From contig JBHGNT010000007.1 of NCBI GenBank assembly GCA_043228905.1, positions 2,976,001 to 3,040,000 of the forward strand: 64,000 nt of DNA, given 5' to 3'. This DNA comes from Azolla caroliniana (lineage: Eukaryota; Plantae; Polypodiophyta). The notes below the pieces were generated by a model, which ran no database searches, was not told where the DNA came from, and saw only the letters and a program-made list of their open reading frames with translations. Position numbers and translations under genes: made by a program. This document shows positions 25,917-39,400 of the stretch, piece by piece (position 1 is the first letter of the stretch; every line of letters starts with the position of its first letter).

Positions 25917-28900
25917 TTACCAGAACCTGTATTTATTTACACTCAAGTAACCTGACATTACTCTACCACCTGTCATTCGCATTCCATCTATCAAATAACA
26001 CCATGTGGATCCAAGTGCACCGATGAAGAAATCGGCATCAGAAGCTAGAAGGAAGTTAACTAATGGATGGTTAGTGCTCATTATTCTTCCAAGGCTAGCC
26101 TCATATGCTGGCATACTCATATTCCCAGTTTGTCTACTAATATTAGTATAATAAATGTCCCATAGGCTTGTATACTGATTTGATTCTTCAATTACCTCCT
26201 GCAGTAAACCAAGATATATTACAAATTAATTTTTCTTTCCATGATCATGATTTTGATCTAGGTGGATAACACAAACACAATTAACTACACCTAGATTAGA
26301 ATATAGTTAAATTAGAGACATGTAGATTATCACAAACCTCCTAGGACTCAATTAGACTCCAATTTATCTTATGAGGGTTCTCATTTGGCAACTCTAAGCA
26401 TATCTAAGAAGTACTTGAATTTTAAAATTTGGAGGTTGAAATGGAATAAAAAACATTCAAGTCTCAGAGAATATAAGGCACAATGAAATACCAATGTTTT
26501 GTTCATTAAAATGTGACAAGAAACGCATACTAAATCAACCATTTGGAAAAGACGCTTAGATTTTATGGGAATATGGGTGGTTGGTTATAGAGTAGAAGAA
26601 GCACAAACCTCCATCTCTGTGGAGAGCCATATGCTTCGAGCATAAGGAAACCGATTGCGTAAATGATGTGCAAGGTTCATGTAGTCTTTAAAAGCAGCAA
26701 TTTTCATCTCCTTTGCTTTATCTCCTTGTCGTACATGAATACTCACCAACGGCCTAGGAACCCATGGCCTATGTGTCGCCCACACAAATCGATTGATTTC
26801 AGTCTCATTCATTACCCAAGGAACCTGCATTTCTAGAACAAATGCGAATTATTAGAATTTGTTACTCGTTCATCAAGGCTGGCCAGGTGATGAATGAGGG
26901 TTTGCATGCTTTTTTGTCATTTCCAAGAATATATAGTATATTCATGTACGAGAGCCAGATACTTCAATGATGATGATGAGTGCCACAAAATGTAATGACA
27001 TATTTATGAATGTTTCGTCAAGTGCCAAAAGTAGAATAACAAGATTAAAACCGTATGCCAAACTATTTTCAGAAGTTAACCTCTGGCCAAGTCAACGGCA
27101 GTGAATCCAGAACCATTTGAGCAGCTTTCATCCCAAATGCATTGTGACGAGCCACATTGAGTAGTGAACACATGTATTCACTTGGAAAGCGCATCAAGTA
27201 TCGAACTGCCTACACAAAAAACCATTAAAGCATGAGTACACATAAGAGAGATTATTATCATACTCAGAAACTTATGTATAGAATATTTGCTCTAGACCAA
27301 CTTCCTACTGTCTTACTCCGAGGATAAGTCAGACAACGGCAGAGTTTGCAACTATTATTGTTCTGCTCGTAGGTTTGCAAAAAACGGATGCATAAGTTGA
27401 CAAAAATACAAGATCATGGTAAGTGTTTCACTTTATAAACAAACCAGAGTAAATAAAATCCTCAACAGGACAGTAATGAAATATGTGCAGACTACAAGCT
27501 AAATCTTCATGTTATTGCGAAGAAAGGAACGAAACACATGTTTCAGTTACACCAGGAAAAAATTAAACATCCTGAATTTCAAATACAACAAGAAATACAT
27601 TGATCTCCAAATTAAAAAATTGAAACAAAATGACGAAAACAGGGAAAACCAGCAAATACAAACACACAAAGACAAGAAAAGGCCTCGGAATTGAGCAAAA
27701 CAAACACTCTCATATACCACAAACACAGAAATAGAAGAGGTTGTCTGGGCCTAAGGATGGATTATGCATGACATGGCCCAGATACTGACCCACTAACATG
27801 TAATCTTTACATATTTACTTGGTAACCATAGACGTTACCTTACTACATCATCATTGACATCAACTTGAATAACATAACAAATTAACAAATGTGAATGTGA
27901 GACTGCCTCCCACGCATGTATGAGCCAAAGTATCATATGGAAGATTATCTCATCTAAAAGAATATGTATCTTAATATGACAAATATTCTAGAATTACATA
28001 TGCGAGAAAGGGAGGCATTGAAGGATGATAAAGAAAAAAACTCATAAAAATATGGAATGTTTAAAGGATCGTTACATCTCAGAGCAAGGGAGACATTAAG
28101 GATGATCAAGAAAAAAAATGCATGAAAAAGGATGATCATACATGTATGAGCAAGTGTCATATGGAAGACTATATCATCCAAAAGAATATGTATCTTGATA
28201 TGGCAAATATTCTAGAATTACATATGAGAGAAAGGGAGACATTGAAGGATGATCAAGAAAAAAACATATAAAAAAACTTTGACTTGGGCATAGATGATGT
28301 GGCCATAGTTATGCATCTTGAGAAAGATCTACTGAAGTTTAAGCTGGCTCTATTTATTTTCTATTTATCTTAATTTGTACTTATATTTCCCATTTGTATC
28401 AAATCAAGAATTACACTACTCTAAACGAAGTTCACAGTAGAACCTTGCCATTATTCACTGTGGGAAGAGGTTGGGATAGGTAGGAGAAATAAATAATATA
28501 ATGGAATGGGTGCATTAGAATACATCGATTGTACTTTTCAAGGAATATGAAAAACCACCATTCTTGATCCTACCTGTGCCCTCCACCAGCGTCGATCCAC
28601 TGCTTTATGATGCATTAAGAGTCTGCCATCGATTTGCGTTGTTGGCTGCATGAGTTCCCAAGGTTTGCCCCATTGTCTGCTACGCAGTTACCCATTACAT
28701 TGTTAAAAATTATTGATACAAGAAAAACATGACGATCAGGAAGAAATGAATATGATCATAAAAAAAATGTACCTTGGTACCGTTCCAGTCCAAATTTTTC
28801 TCGATGAATAATTGCTTTTACCAGTAATCACACCTTGTTCCCATGCACTGGGCTGTGTCGCAAGAAACAGTGCACGATTTCTGCATTCCTTAGATGTTTC

Positions 28901-31508
28901 ACTGAGGAAGTAACAAGACCAATGTGCATGGTCGCTACCTAAACAACATTATATATGTCCTCAGATATCCATCTACACTTAACATATATGGATGCTAAAA
29001 AGTGCATATATACAATGACCTGTAAGCAAGCTACAGTGAGAAGTATACCTAAACACTCCTGATGATCGGCACGATTGAAGTAATTGCTTACGAGAATTCT
29101 TTGTTCATTAACTGCAATGGCAAGGATACCAGTCATGGATGCAATTTGAGCTCCCATTCCGAAACCAATATCAGTCTCCCAATCTGCCAAAAGAAATCGC
29201 AGATTCGAATCTTCGCAGTTCTTTGGGTGTTGATGTTGCCATAATTCTGATTGAACTCTCCTAGTAAGTGGTAGATTATCTTCATCACCTCCTTCTACCT
29301 GATTATTTAGACATAAATAATACTTAGTCTCTCTTGATCTCGAAAGCACATTAAAATGCAAAATGCATCTTTATGTATTTGGCCACGCAAAACATTCAGC
29401 TTACAGAGCTTTGATAAGCTACTAGGTGATCATGATTGTAGCATTTAAGTATCCCATACATAGGCCAACCTTGACCTCATTAGAGACACTAACATAAGGG
29501 GGCGAACTCTCAAATAACCCTGCACTTTTTTCCCAGATGCCCCCAGGTTTTCTCATGATTCCCACAGAGAAATTTGGTCAACCCTCACGAGAATATTTAT
29601 ATCTGCTAGGTGCGCAAAATTAGCTAGTCAATGTATCCCCTTTTTCTCAATTATAAGTGTTATTTTAGAAATTATATAATCAATTCCTCCCCTTTTCCCT
29701 CTTTCCAGGGTTGATCAAGGGTATTTGGCGAAATAATGAAATCTCAGGGATATTTCAGAGTTTTTCCCTGGATATAATCTTTCATTTGTTCTGCAGCTAA
29801 GCCAACAGAGGATGTAGGGTTTAGCTGAAGAATGGAAAAAAATCTCAATAGATAGAATCCATTAATATAGTCCTTCTCAATAGATAAAATTATTACCCAG
29901 GGAGGATGTAAACCAAGCATTGTAAGGTTTCCAATAAAGTTTGAGTAATGCTTAAAAGAATCATCAACATAAAGCCCAAGTCCTTGCCCTTTCCAAAGTG
30001 TCCATAGTGGCCGAGTTCCATTTTCACCCCAAGTGTCTAGTTTATTGTTGATCCTGGCACGATCCTTGCAATTTTCAAGATGAGGAGCCCTTGGCACATT
30101 TGATGATGATGAAACATTAAAACTTCTAACAAGAGGATCATCAGAGTCTCTTAAAGATAGAGTATTTGAAGCTTCCCAAAGAGCAATTAGCATTGCAAGA
30201 CGAGTTTCGTTCGTGTCAGAATGATGATTGATATGTTTGCCATTATCTGTTACAATTTCTTTGGTATCAGAAAATCAAGTCTTTTGAGTGATATAGCAGG
30301 GAAATATACATTTTAAATTTGTCTATCTTGCCAACATTCTAAGATAATACAAATAACAAATAGATGACACTAGGGTTTACAGAAACATTTGTTATGCACA
30401 TATAACCATTGAAAATGATCATGTCACTAACTGTTACAGATCCTTTGATATCAGACAATTAGTTCTTTAAGTTATATGACAGGAAAACATATCAAAAATA
30501 TACATTTTTTACATCTATTTTATTGCCATTCTAAGATAATGCAAATAACAAAGAGATGAATCTAGGGTTAAGCAAAAGTAGGTTGTTCTTACATATTACC
30601 ATTAAAATGGTCATGCCACTACCTATTACAGTTTATTTGGTATCAGAAAATTAGGTGTCTTGATTGATGTAATGAGGAAACATATAGAAAATATACATTG
30701 TGCATAATTATTTTATCAGCATTCTGATATAATACAACTAACAAATAGAGGAGGCTGGGGTTTAATGCAAACTCTATTGTGAAACTGCTTATCAACATCA
30801 AACTAATATCTTTTAGTTGTAAATTAGATTGCATTCTATTACCACTAAAATGTACATGCCCCTGGACGTTACATGTTCTATGCTATAGGACAATTAAGTC
30901 ATTGGAATGATATAACAGGAAAAACACAAAAAGAAATGCCAGTTTTCTTGTTGCAATATATCCTCACATGCACCAAGAAAGGGTAGCAACAAAAACACTG
31001 TTATTCTGGTGAGGAGGAAGGCGTGTTACCTGTAAAACAAAACATAGTTGGTCCTTTACAATCTAAGCTAATACACCATGGAGGCTAGGGTTAGCCAAGG
31101 TGCTGGTCTCTAGCTACTAAGGAAGATGACAAATATTAAGCTGCAATGCCAACTGTTAGCAGGAAAAGAAAAAGTTCGGCTTTTCTACAATATATATAGT
31201 CCTTCAGAATCTAAGCTAAAACATAGACACATAGAGTGGAATAAGCCAAGGATTGGAAGACTGAAGACATTAATGTAGGTTTCTTCTTATTCTTCTTGCT
31301 AATTTGACTTACCTCGGAGCAGGAAAGGTGAGATGCAGACATCCATACCATTCCAGATCCGATGAAGAGCTGGAGGTTGAAGTAAGAAGAGGAGGAGGAG
31401 GAAGAAGAAGAAGAAGAAAGAGATGGCAATGGAGATGGCAATGGAGATGGAGATGGCTTTCCATCGACGGATGATAGCACAGGTGTTCAATCGGGCAAGA
31501 AACTCCAT
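25917..31508 (-). CDS. GT23 / alpha-(1,6)-fucosyltransferase-like type II membrane protein (563 aa)
   Basis: Eight phase-compatible GT-AG exons: 31508-31313, 30246-29897, 29298-29049, 28938-28773, 28676-28574, 27209-27081, 26824-26609, 26198-25917 (1692 nt). N-terminal TM anchor; motifs QHPKNC, GFGMGAQI, WWRAQAVRYLMR, SIHVRQGDK (GDP-fucose motif I-like), IWLSTE, DFFIGALGSTW. Resembles the At5g28910 family. Confidence 0.88.
27915..28275. repeat. ~130-bp direct duplication in FUT-like intron 5
   Basis: CATGTATGAGC..GT.TCATATGGAAGA...AAAAGAATATGTATCTT..AAATATTCTAGAATT..GAGAAAGGGAG.CATTGAAGGATGAT at ~27915 and ~28141. Confidence 0.85.
29498..29768. mobile_element. Putative Mutator-like MITE in FUT-like intron 2
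   Basis: Imperfect TIRs: left GGGGCGAACTCTCAAATAACCCTG versus right reverse complement GGGAAAAACTCTGAAATATCCCTG, with similarity extending ~45 bp. TSD is only weakly recognisable. Confidence 0.5.
30247..30790. repeat. Three diverged ~185-190-bp tandem units at the 3' end of FUT-like intron 1
   Basis: CTRTTACA...TTGRTATCAGA...AATATACATT...CATTCT.A.ATAAT.CAA.TAACAAA.AGA...GGGTT at ~30247, 30431 and 30623. Confidence 0.75.
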
Positions 31509-31572
31509 CCGCTCAGCTCAGCTCAGGAGCTCTGCAGCTCCAATCGAAACTTTATACTTCAACTGATGGATA

Positions 31573-31789
31573 CATAGTACTTAATATACTCGAATGCATT
31601 GGTAAACATTCGAATGCTAACGAACGCGAATGTTATCAAAACATTCTTATGGATTTTATTTTTACAATTTTTACCTTATAATTAATAATGAGTCCAAACG
31701 TATGGTATTTACCATACGTCTATGGTATTTAACATTCGCGAATTAAAACCATTCTCGAATGCGAATTTTTACCTTTGGTTCATACTATG
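31573..31789. mobile_element. hAT-type MITE, 217 bp, perfect 8-bp TSD
   Basis: TIR CATAGTA...TACTATG; TSD GATGGATA at 31565-31572 and 31790-31797; subterminal CGAATG/CATTCG repeats. Confidence 0.85.
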
Positions 31790-32692
31790 GATGGATATGA
31801 GACAATTGGGAAATTTTTTGCTTTAACTCTCTCTCTTTTTCACTGTTTTTTCTTGCTTCTTCACTCCAACACATTTGTTTGTTTCTTCTTTTCTTTACTC
31901 TCTTGATTTTTCCTTTTGTTGGGGGGGGGGGGGGGGGGGAGTTGACTTTAGCGATCCAAAGACAGCCCAAGATGTGTGGGTCTGGGTCTAGCAAGCCACC
32001 CACGTCAATGACTTGCGGCCATTGTTAATTTGAGCCACTCTCGCAAATTTCGTATAATGTAGATCCTACGTCCGTTGCTTGATTCTTTGTAACACAAGAA
32101 TACGATAAAAAAAAGGCACGTCGTTTATCCTCAGCCATGGACTTGGCCAAAAAAGAAACAGACCATCTAAGTTCTGACAACTTGCCATATTGTCATTCCT
32201 TTCCTTCAAATCTAAGTAATGTCAATTTATGATAAGTTGTTGGCACTTAGCATTTTGATCACTTTTGGCAATGATTGATTGATAACCAAATTAGCATGAT
32301 TTTTATTTGTTGGTTATCAATAATACTAGCTTGACAATGGACAATATGTGTGGAGATAATTATGCGTGGATAATTACTTCTTTATTTTAATTGCATTAGA
32401 GATAGGCGTCAATGCTTTTGGTTATTTTGATTTGGTTCTAATTAGTTTTCACAATAAATTGTTTTGCCTTTAAATAACAAGGGTTGTGTATATACGTAAA
32501 TTTGCTTTTTTATTGTTTGTAAATGACAAACTTCTAATTTCCGTAGAAGGAATGGGAAAAACCCCCTTAGTGCCTTGATCGGTCGATGGTATAACATTGT
32601 GAATCTCTCCATTGACAAGACTTAGGCAAGTATTGTGGACGACAATAGCTTTCAATGTAATGTATATGCCCCCTCTACTCCTATTGTGGAGC

Positions 32693-32745
32693 TTTGGCGG
32701 CATGGGCGGGCGGAAATCTTTAACCACGTGCCACCGCCCGATTGG
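32693..32745 (+). promoter_or_regulatory. Candidate SHOC1 promoter motifs (E2F-like TTTGGCGG, G-box CACGTG, inverted CCAAT)
   Basis: Motifs cluster in a GC-rich patch ~750 bp upstream of the SHOC1 ATG. Motif match only. Confidence 0.3.
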
Positions 32746-33482
32746 ACGCACTCAGAAACGCCGTTTCCTTCGACAGAAACCTTTCAGAAACGCTAACGCG
32801 AAGGAAACGGCTTAAGTCATAAAGTTGTAGTCTGTAGAATCGAAACGCCAAGTCTTTAATTTGTCAGAAACGCGCAACTATATGCAGGAAAAGCTCCGTT
32901 TCCTGCATCCGAAACGCCTTCCCGCCAACCGGCAGGAAAGAAACCGCTTCCGTTTCCTGCATCAGAATCACTTCCAGCTTCTTTGGCAGAAAAGAAATCG
33001 ATGCCTTTCCCTGCATCAGAAACGCCACCTTGTTTTGCACCATCCTGAGCGAACAAGAAATCATCGCATCGCTTCAGAAACCGTCCCCATCGTTTTGCTG
33101 ATCGAAACAGCTGTATCAAGAACAAACAAAGTGAAGTCATTCCTTTCTGTGTCAAGAATCTTCATTCTATAGCAGAACTGCAGTGTCAAGAGAGACCAAG
33201 AGAAGCCTTTTTTTTGTTTTTTCGTTTCAAGAATCGTCATTCTATGACGATTCTTTTACTAAGAATCGGTTTCTGAAACATTTCCTATTTGCATCATTCG
33301 AAACAGACAAGAATAATCATATCTGTTGCAGAAACATCGCCTTCTCCTTTGCAGAGTTTGGAAGGGAAAAGAATATTCGCTCTATAACACAAATAAAAGG
33401 TTTTTTGTAGCTAAAACAGTTCCCTGAGCTGCTATCTGCAATTTCTTGACGAATTACTTATCTATAATTCTATTTAGAAACT

Positions 33483-36400
33483 ATGCGATTACGATTTCTC
33501 TGGATCGATTATTACCAAGAAGCTTCGCAGGCAGCTGAGAAATGGCACCAAGCAAATGTGCTTCCCGTTCCATCCCTGCAAGTCTGTACCTTTTCATCTT
33601 TCCCTTGCGAGACTTTGGTGTCTACACAGACAATATGTCAGCTTCTGGAAGGAAAATCACACATCGTAAATATCGACTCTTCCACATTACATCATCTTGA
33701 CATTTGGAGAGTTCAATCACAGTTTTTGACCATCATTTTGCCAGAAAAAGTTGCCTGTTTGTGGAAGAATCCATGGCTAACTTTGATAACTAACGAATTA
33801 TTTAGTGAAAGATTGCTTCTTTCTCAAGAGGGAACAAGAGAGGTGGAGTTGGTAAAATGTTTCTATGAGTTTGAAAGCTTTGCCGTGGATATGACATATC
33901 AAGTAAGAACGATGAAAAACTTGCCATAGGCAATGCATCATAAATCCTTATGACATGAACATCAATGAATAACAACGAATTTCAAATTTAGCCAGCCTAC
34001 TTTCATCATCGATCACCTTTAATTGCAACTATGATGAGTTGTGAGAAGAAGAATCTATTATTTGAAAGAGATCATTAACACATTCTTTGCATTGAATAGT
34101 GTACAATCTGTGTGAGAGCTGTTCTCAGACATGTCAGTTTGTTATATGTACAGAACAATGTAGCCATGATGAGTCTGTCAGAACTTTCAAGTATCGTCAG
34201 CAGAAAGCCAATACAAAATGTAAAACAATGGGAGGTAATATTAAAGATCTGATCTAATTCAAACAGTATTTAAGTAAGAAATATGCATTAAGAAGGATAA
34301 GTCTCTCAGCCCCACATGAGGAAGTGTCATAATTTTCTGCTTATTTACTTACATCATGTTGCATTTCGTGTTAATCAGGAACAGTCTCCAACTGAATGTG
34401 GTAAATATTTGAGTATTGAAGATACGGTTCTCCAGCTAGAGAAAGGAGCAGTCAGAATTCAAGATAATTTGTATAATAACAAGAAGGTAGATAGAGACAG
34501 TTCACTCAGCTTTCAATATTCAGATTTATCAAGTAAAGCGGTAAATGCTGATTTAGCTTGTCAGAGTAGATCGAAACCAAATTTACTTGTTCTAGAAGTT
34601 GCCACAGTAGATGAAGCTCTACGTGTTTCCTGGACACATGAATGCTATTGGATGGAAGTAAAGAGATTGTCACTGGAGTTATTTCTTAATGTGGATAGGA
34701 TATCTATCAACAACGAGCAAATCCTTGAACCAGAGTGGATGAATTTAACTCTAAATGAATTTTCAGAGCCTCTTCGTGATAAGAGTAACGAAATACTTGT
34801 TGATTCTGCACATGATTGTGATGATTCAATTTGGAATTTACTTGATTGTGAAAAATTCAGTGAGAATAACCACTTTCTTATGTTCGAATCACCTGTGACA
34901 TTTTGGAAAGACAAAAATATTGTGAACTTTGAGCAACTTTTCAAACAGCTCAGTCTTTCTCATCAGTGCATACCATTGCTGGAAACATCAGACTCTACTT
35001 GCCATGGTCAGTATGAAGATCTTATAGTTATGCCTGAGTTAGTTCTTACAGATTCTAGTTTTACTTCATTACCAGTTCCATTCTTCAAAGAAAATGAAAA
35101 ACAATGCATTGCCATGGATGTGATTCTTGAAGCTTTGTCCATGTGCAAACATTCAGTGCCTGGTGCTCTAAATTTCCTCTATTTGGATTGGCACTTATCA
35201 CAGAGTAAAAATTGTGGGAAGGATTCTTGCAATATCCTTGAGAGCAGAGTTTTAAAAGTTGAATACTGTGAAACAGCTAAATATAACCCCTCTCAGTTTG
35301 ATAATGTCAATCTAGATTCTACATTCAACATCTATGTTGAGAAGAAGTATCCTTTAGAGAGAGAACCCATAGTTTCTAGTCCTAAAAGGAATGGAACCAG
35401 GTGCTCTATACAAAGAGAAATTCCAGTTTCTACTACGAAAAACATCTGCAGCTTGGGAACTGAATGCTCTGTACGCAGAGAATTCCCAGCGTCTGCCATC
35501 AAGGAGAATCATAGCTTGGGAACTGAGTGCTTTGAACAAAGAGAACCTCTTGTTTATACTCCAAGGCAGAATTGCAGCTTGGATTCAAGTAATTCGGTTT
35601 GCCCTTTGACACCATCCAGTGATTCCAAATCATCTAGAATACAATGTAAAGCTACCGGAGTAGCGTCAAAACCAATGAACCATATGTACAATGAAGCTTC
35701 GTGCAAAGAACCAAATCCAGGAGATACATTTGCTTGTAAAGACTTGACCTTCTTCTTACAAACAAGACAAGGCAATATAAAGACGCCCAGCTCTGGAAAC
35801 ACATTGCAGAAGGAGAATCCTGATAGAAATCAAGTATCTCTTGCTGAGTGTTTGCCTAATTTTCAAGTGCATCAGGTATTGCTTAGTCAGAGGATATTGA
35901 GCCTTAGAGGGTTTCTGGAACTAGATTACTCCCGAATTTTAGAAGATGACAAGAACCTTGCGTTTGAAGTTCAGAAACACAAGTCTCTAATGAAACTCAG
36001 TACAGAAAACGATGCAAAGAAAACCTTGATCATGTTGATTAAAGAGAGAGCAGATAAACAAGCACTGAATGAACAGCAACTTCTTAGAAGTCTTATTGCA
36101 TTATATATACTACAGCAAACAGCAGAAAATCTTTGTATATATGGAATCCTAGTTGGTCATCTTTACATGGAAAGCTGGTACTTAAATTTAAGGTTCTTAC
36201 AAGATTTGATCTGCCTTTCATATTCTGAGCTTGAGGAAGCTTATAAGCAAGTTGAGAAAGGATTACTTATTGATCATCCTAAATTATCTTGTCTCCGAGA
36301 GATAATTGAAAGCCACAAGTCGAGACATAAGAACTCAAAATTTCTCATTGTTGTTGAGCGGCGAGCAGTTTTTACTATGTATAAACAGATAATTGCTTGT

Positions 36401-39400
36401 GATTTGAGACCTTATCAATTCGATCGAGAGGAGAATCTTTTATATGGTGGAATTCCAGTTGAATATCCAGATTTGATCAATCAAGCTGTTTCAGATGCTG
36501 TGGTGAAGTGTGATTGCCTTATTGTTCCTTCTGAGTAAGTTTGCTGCCTTACATTCTCATACTTAGTTTTGATGGTTGCAAGCTAATTTGATCTATAGGA
36601 ATATGGAGTGAAAGAAATATGAACAGACAGAAATAAAAAATGGAAGACAGAAGAGAATAGATAGAGAATTTACAACACAAGCTAAGTCACCTAATCATTT
36701 GTTGGGGCGAAGCAGGTATATAGAAAGATGAAAGAGAAAAAGAGATGGTCGAAAATAAGATGAGATAAATATCTTATCATCGACAGGGAGAGACTATGAA
36801 GGAATAAACATATTTTTATTATGTTTTATTAAGTAACCTCTATCAGTTGAGAGCAGAAAACAAAAAGGGTATCTTCTATCATCAATAACTTTAACCCTAA
36901 GATTGTCACATTGATCTTGTAAAATGTACTCTTCCAGATATATTACATCATCGTTCCCGATTCAACAATTTAGTTGCATTATCCATTATGATGAATCCAC
37001 TGCAAACGAAGAGAGAAATCTAAGATATACTTCAAGTATGTGTAGTCTAGAAATCCACTCATTTAAGATTACTATGAATGAAGATGATTCCAGAACTCGA
37101 GCAGGTGAACATATTCGATGCACTCAAAGGGGTATAACACAGAGTGGAATGATATCTCAGGTCTGTTTTTCATTAACATTTGGACAAACAATAAAATTTG
37201 TGCAGCATAAACTAATGAGGATGAGATATTTTGTTGAGCATGATAATTGTCATGGAATAGAATTCCAAACACTATGCTTCAAATGTCTCACCTTTGTGTG
37301 CCGAACCAAATTAGATTTTTTGTGTCCATGCATATTCAGTGTGTGTTAAATCTTATCATATTGAACTTTATGTCTGCCTAATGAATGCTTGAAAGTTCAG
37401 TCTCTTGTTGATTTTGGCATTGTAATGTGCCACAGGTATGATCTGAACTTTTAACAACATGATCGTATACAGGAAGTCTTAGGAGAAGGTAATATCAAGT
37501 TGCAAAATGGGCAATCGGTGAATATATCTACTTCTTCAATCCAAAACAATGCTGAAACAGAAAGGTTACATCTTGATACATCAGATCATTGCATATTTGG
37601 AGATGCTACCTTCTTTGGCATGCCACCCAATGGCCACAAACAGTGTGATATGAATATTATTGTAAACACCAGCCAGTCTTATAAACATCTATTGAGCTGT
37701 TACAGAAGTTCTTATGAGAAGATACTTGCTCTTGAAAAAGATGGAGTTTGTGTGATAGAAAGGGATCTCTTTCTTCCTATTGACTTGATACTAAGCCCTA
37801 CAGTTTGTCTCATTTTGTATACGCAAGACAAGGTTTATGAAGCCAAAACAATGTCGAGTGGTACAATCCAGTTATCATGGATTGAGGATATTACTAATGA
37901 TAGTATGAAAGCTCTTAGCTTTTCCTTCACGACCTGTATTATGGTAAGTTTTCCATTCCAACTTAACAGTCTTATTGAATTGTCTATTTCCTTTCTCCAC
38001 AGGTACCATTGTTGATGTTTTCAAGATGGGTGTTCCTCTTCTTTTTTATATTTTTGCTGGATGTATTTGAATGGTTGCCATTTCTACACATTTGGTAGCC
38101 TCATCGGGGTGTTGACAATGGCGCCATCTTCATCACTTCGTATATGAAATTTAATTCATCACCATATTTTCCCGTTATTAGTTGAGTTTCACGTACAATA
38201 AGAACGAACACTGGAGGGTCTGTCTCAAATTATTTCCCGTTTGGTTAATATCTTATTTTCTCAGAAGATTCTCTTTTGTTTTCTCAAAGAGCTATAGTTG
38301 TAAACATCCTTAGGACACAGGCTATATCTGCATGAGCTATAGTTGTCATTATTATCCCTCTTCTTTCATCTCTTTCACTCTCATTATTCCCTTATTTATT
38401 GTCATGTGCACTCAGTTAATTGTCAGCCAACACCTTTTTGGTTTCTTAATTATGGTACAAAGCTTTTCAATCAGGCTTGCTTCACAATTTCCTTATATGG
38501 TTTGGAAAGTTTTTGAAAAATATGCGTAATTGTGCTGCATTACTGTCTTGGTGAAGATCTTTGAAGGAGCTTTCGATTGTATAGAAGAGATCGTTCAGGC
38601 ATTTAGCAATCTCTATGCTGCAGCTATTGGTTTGGATATTCGGCTTCAATGTTTCATATCCGGGGGTTCTTTCACAACTGATTTGTTAATCTCAGAATGT
38701 ATAAATCAAGTAAGAAGATCTCAGAAAACATCATCGTTTCCTAAAATGTTGGAAGCAAAAACATACGCAGAGGCTTTTCTCACAGAATTTGCTTCAATAA
38801 ATCCTCTCACAGCACATGCAATACTATCTTCTGGTATTGGAATAAGGCGTTTCATGTCCTTAAGTGTTGCGGAACAGCTGCATCTAACTGATGCCTTCGA
38901 TGTAAGTGAAAAGAGCTTACAACTTTTAAAGAAACAATGGCAAAATAATGGAAACTCTGGAAAGGTTTTCATAGAGTCAAAACTGACAAATTATCAAAAG
39001 AATGCAGGACTTGTTCCTGGAGAACCGAAGATCTTAGATAGTGAGCTTTGTAGAGAAAAACAATATGAAATGAGAAACGTTGAACATCGCAACCGAGGAA
39101 AAAGCAATTTGCTTGTTGACGACTTTAGTCTATCCAAAAATTGTATAATTGATGCTCTAGATGAGGAATGGAGGTTTCAAAAGCCACAGGAAAAATGTGA
39201 AGTAGGTAATTTTCTGGCTAATGAATGTGGTCTTTGGCCTCCTGTGGCTGGGGAGAGTCAAGATGAAAGGAAAGATCACTTCAGAAACCACCAACCAAAT
39301 ATGATCTATTTTAATGAGGAAACATCGCATCCTATCATCTTACCTGCACATGAACATATAACCACTTTTGCCTCTCCAGAACATGAGATTAAGCTAAAAA

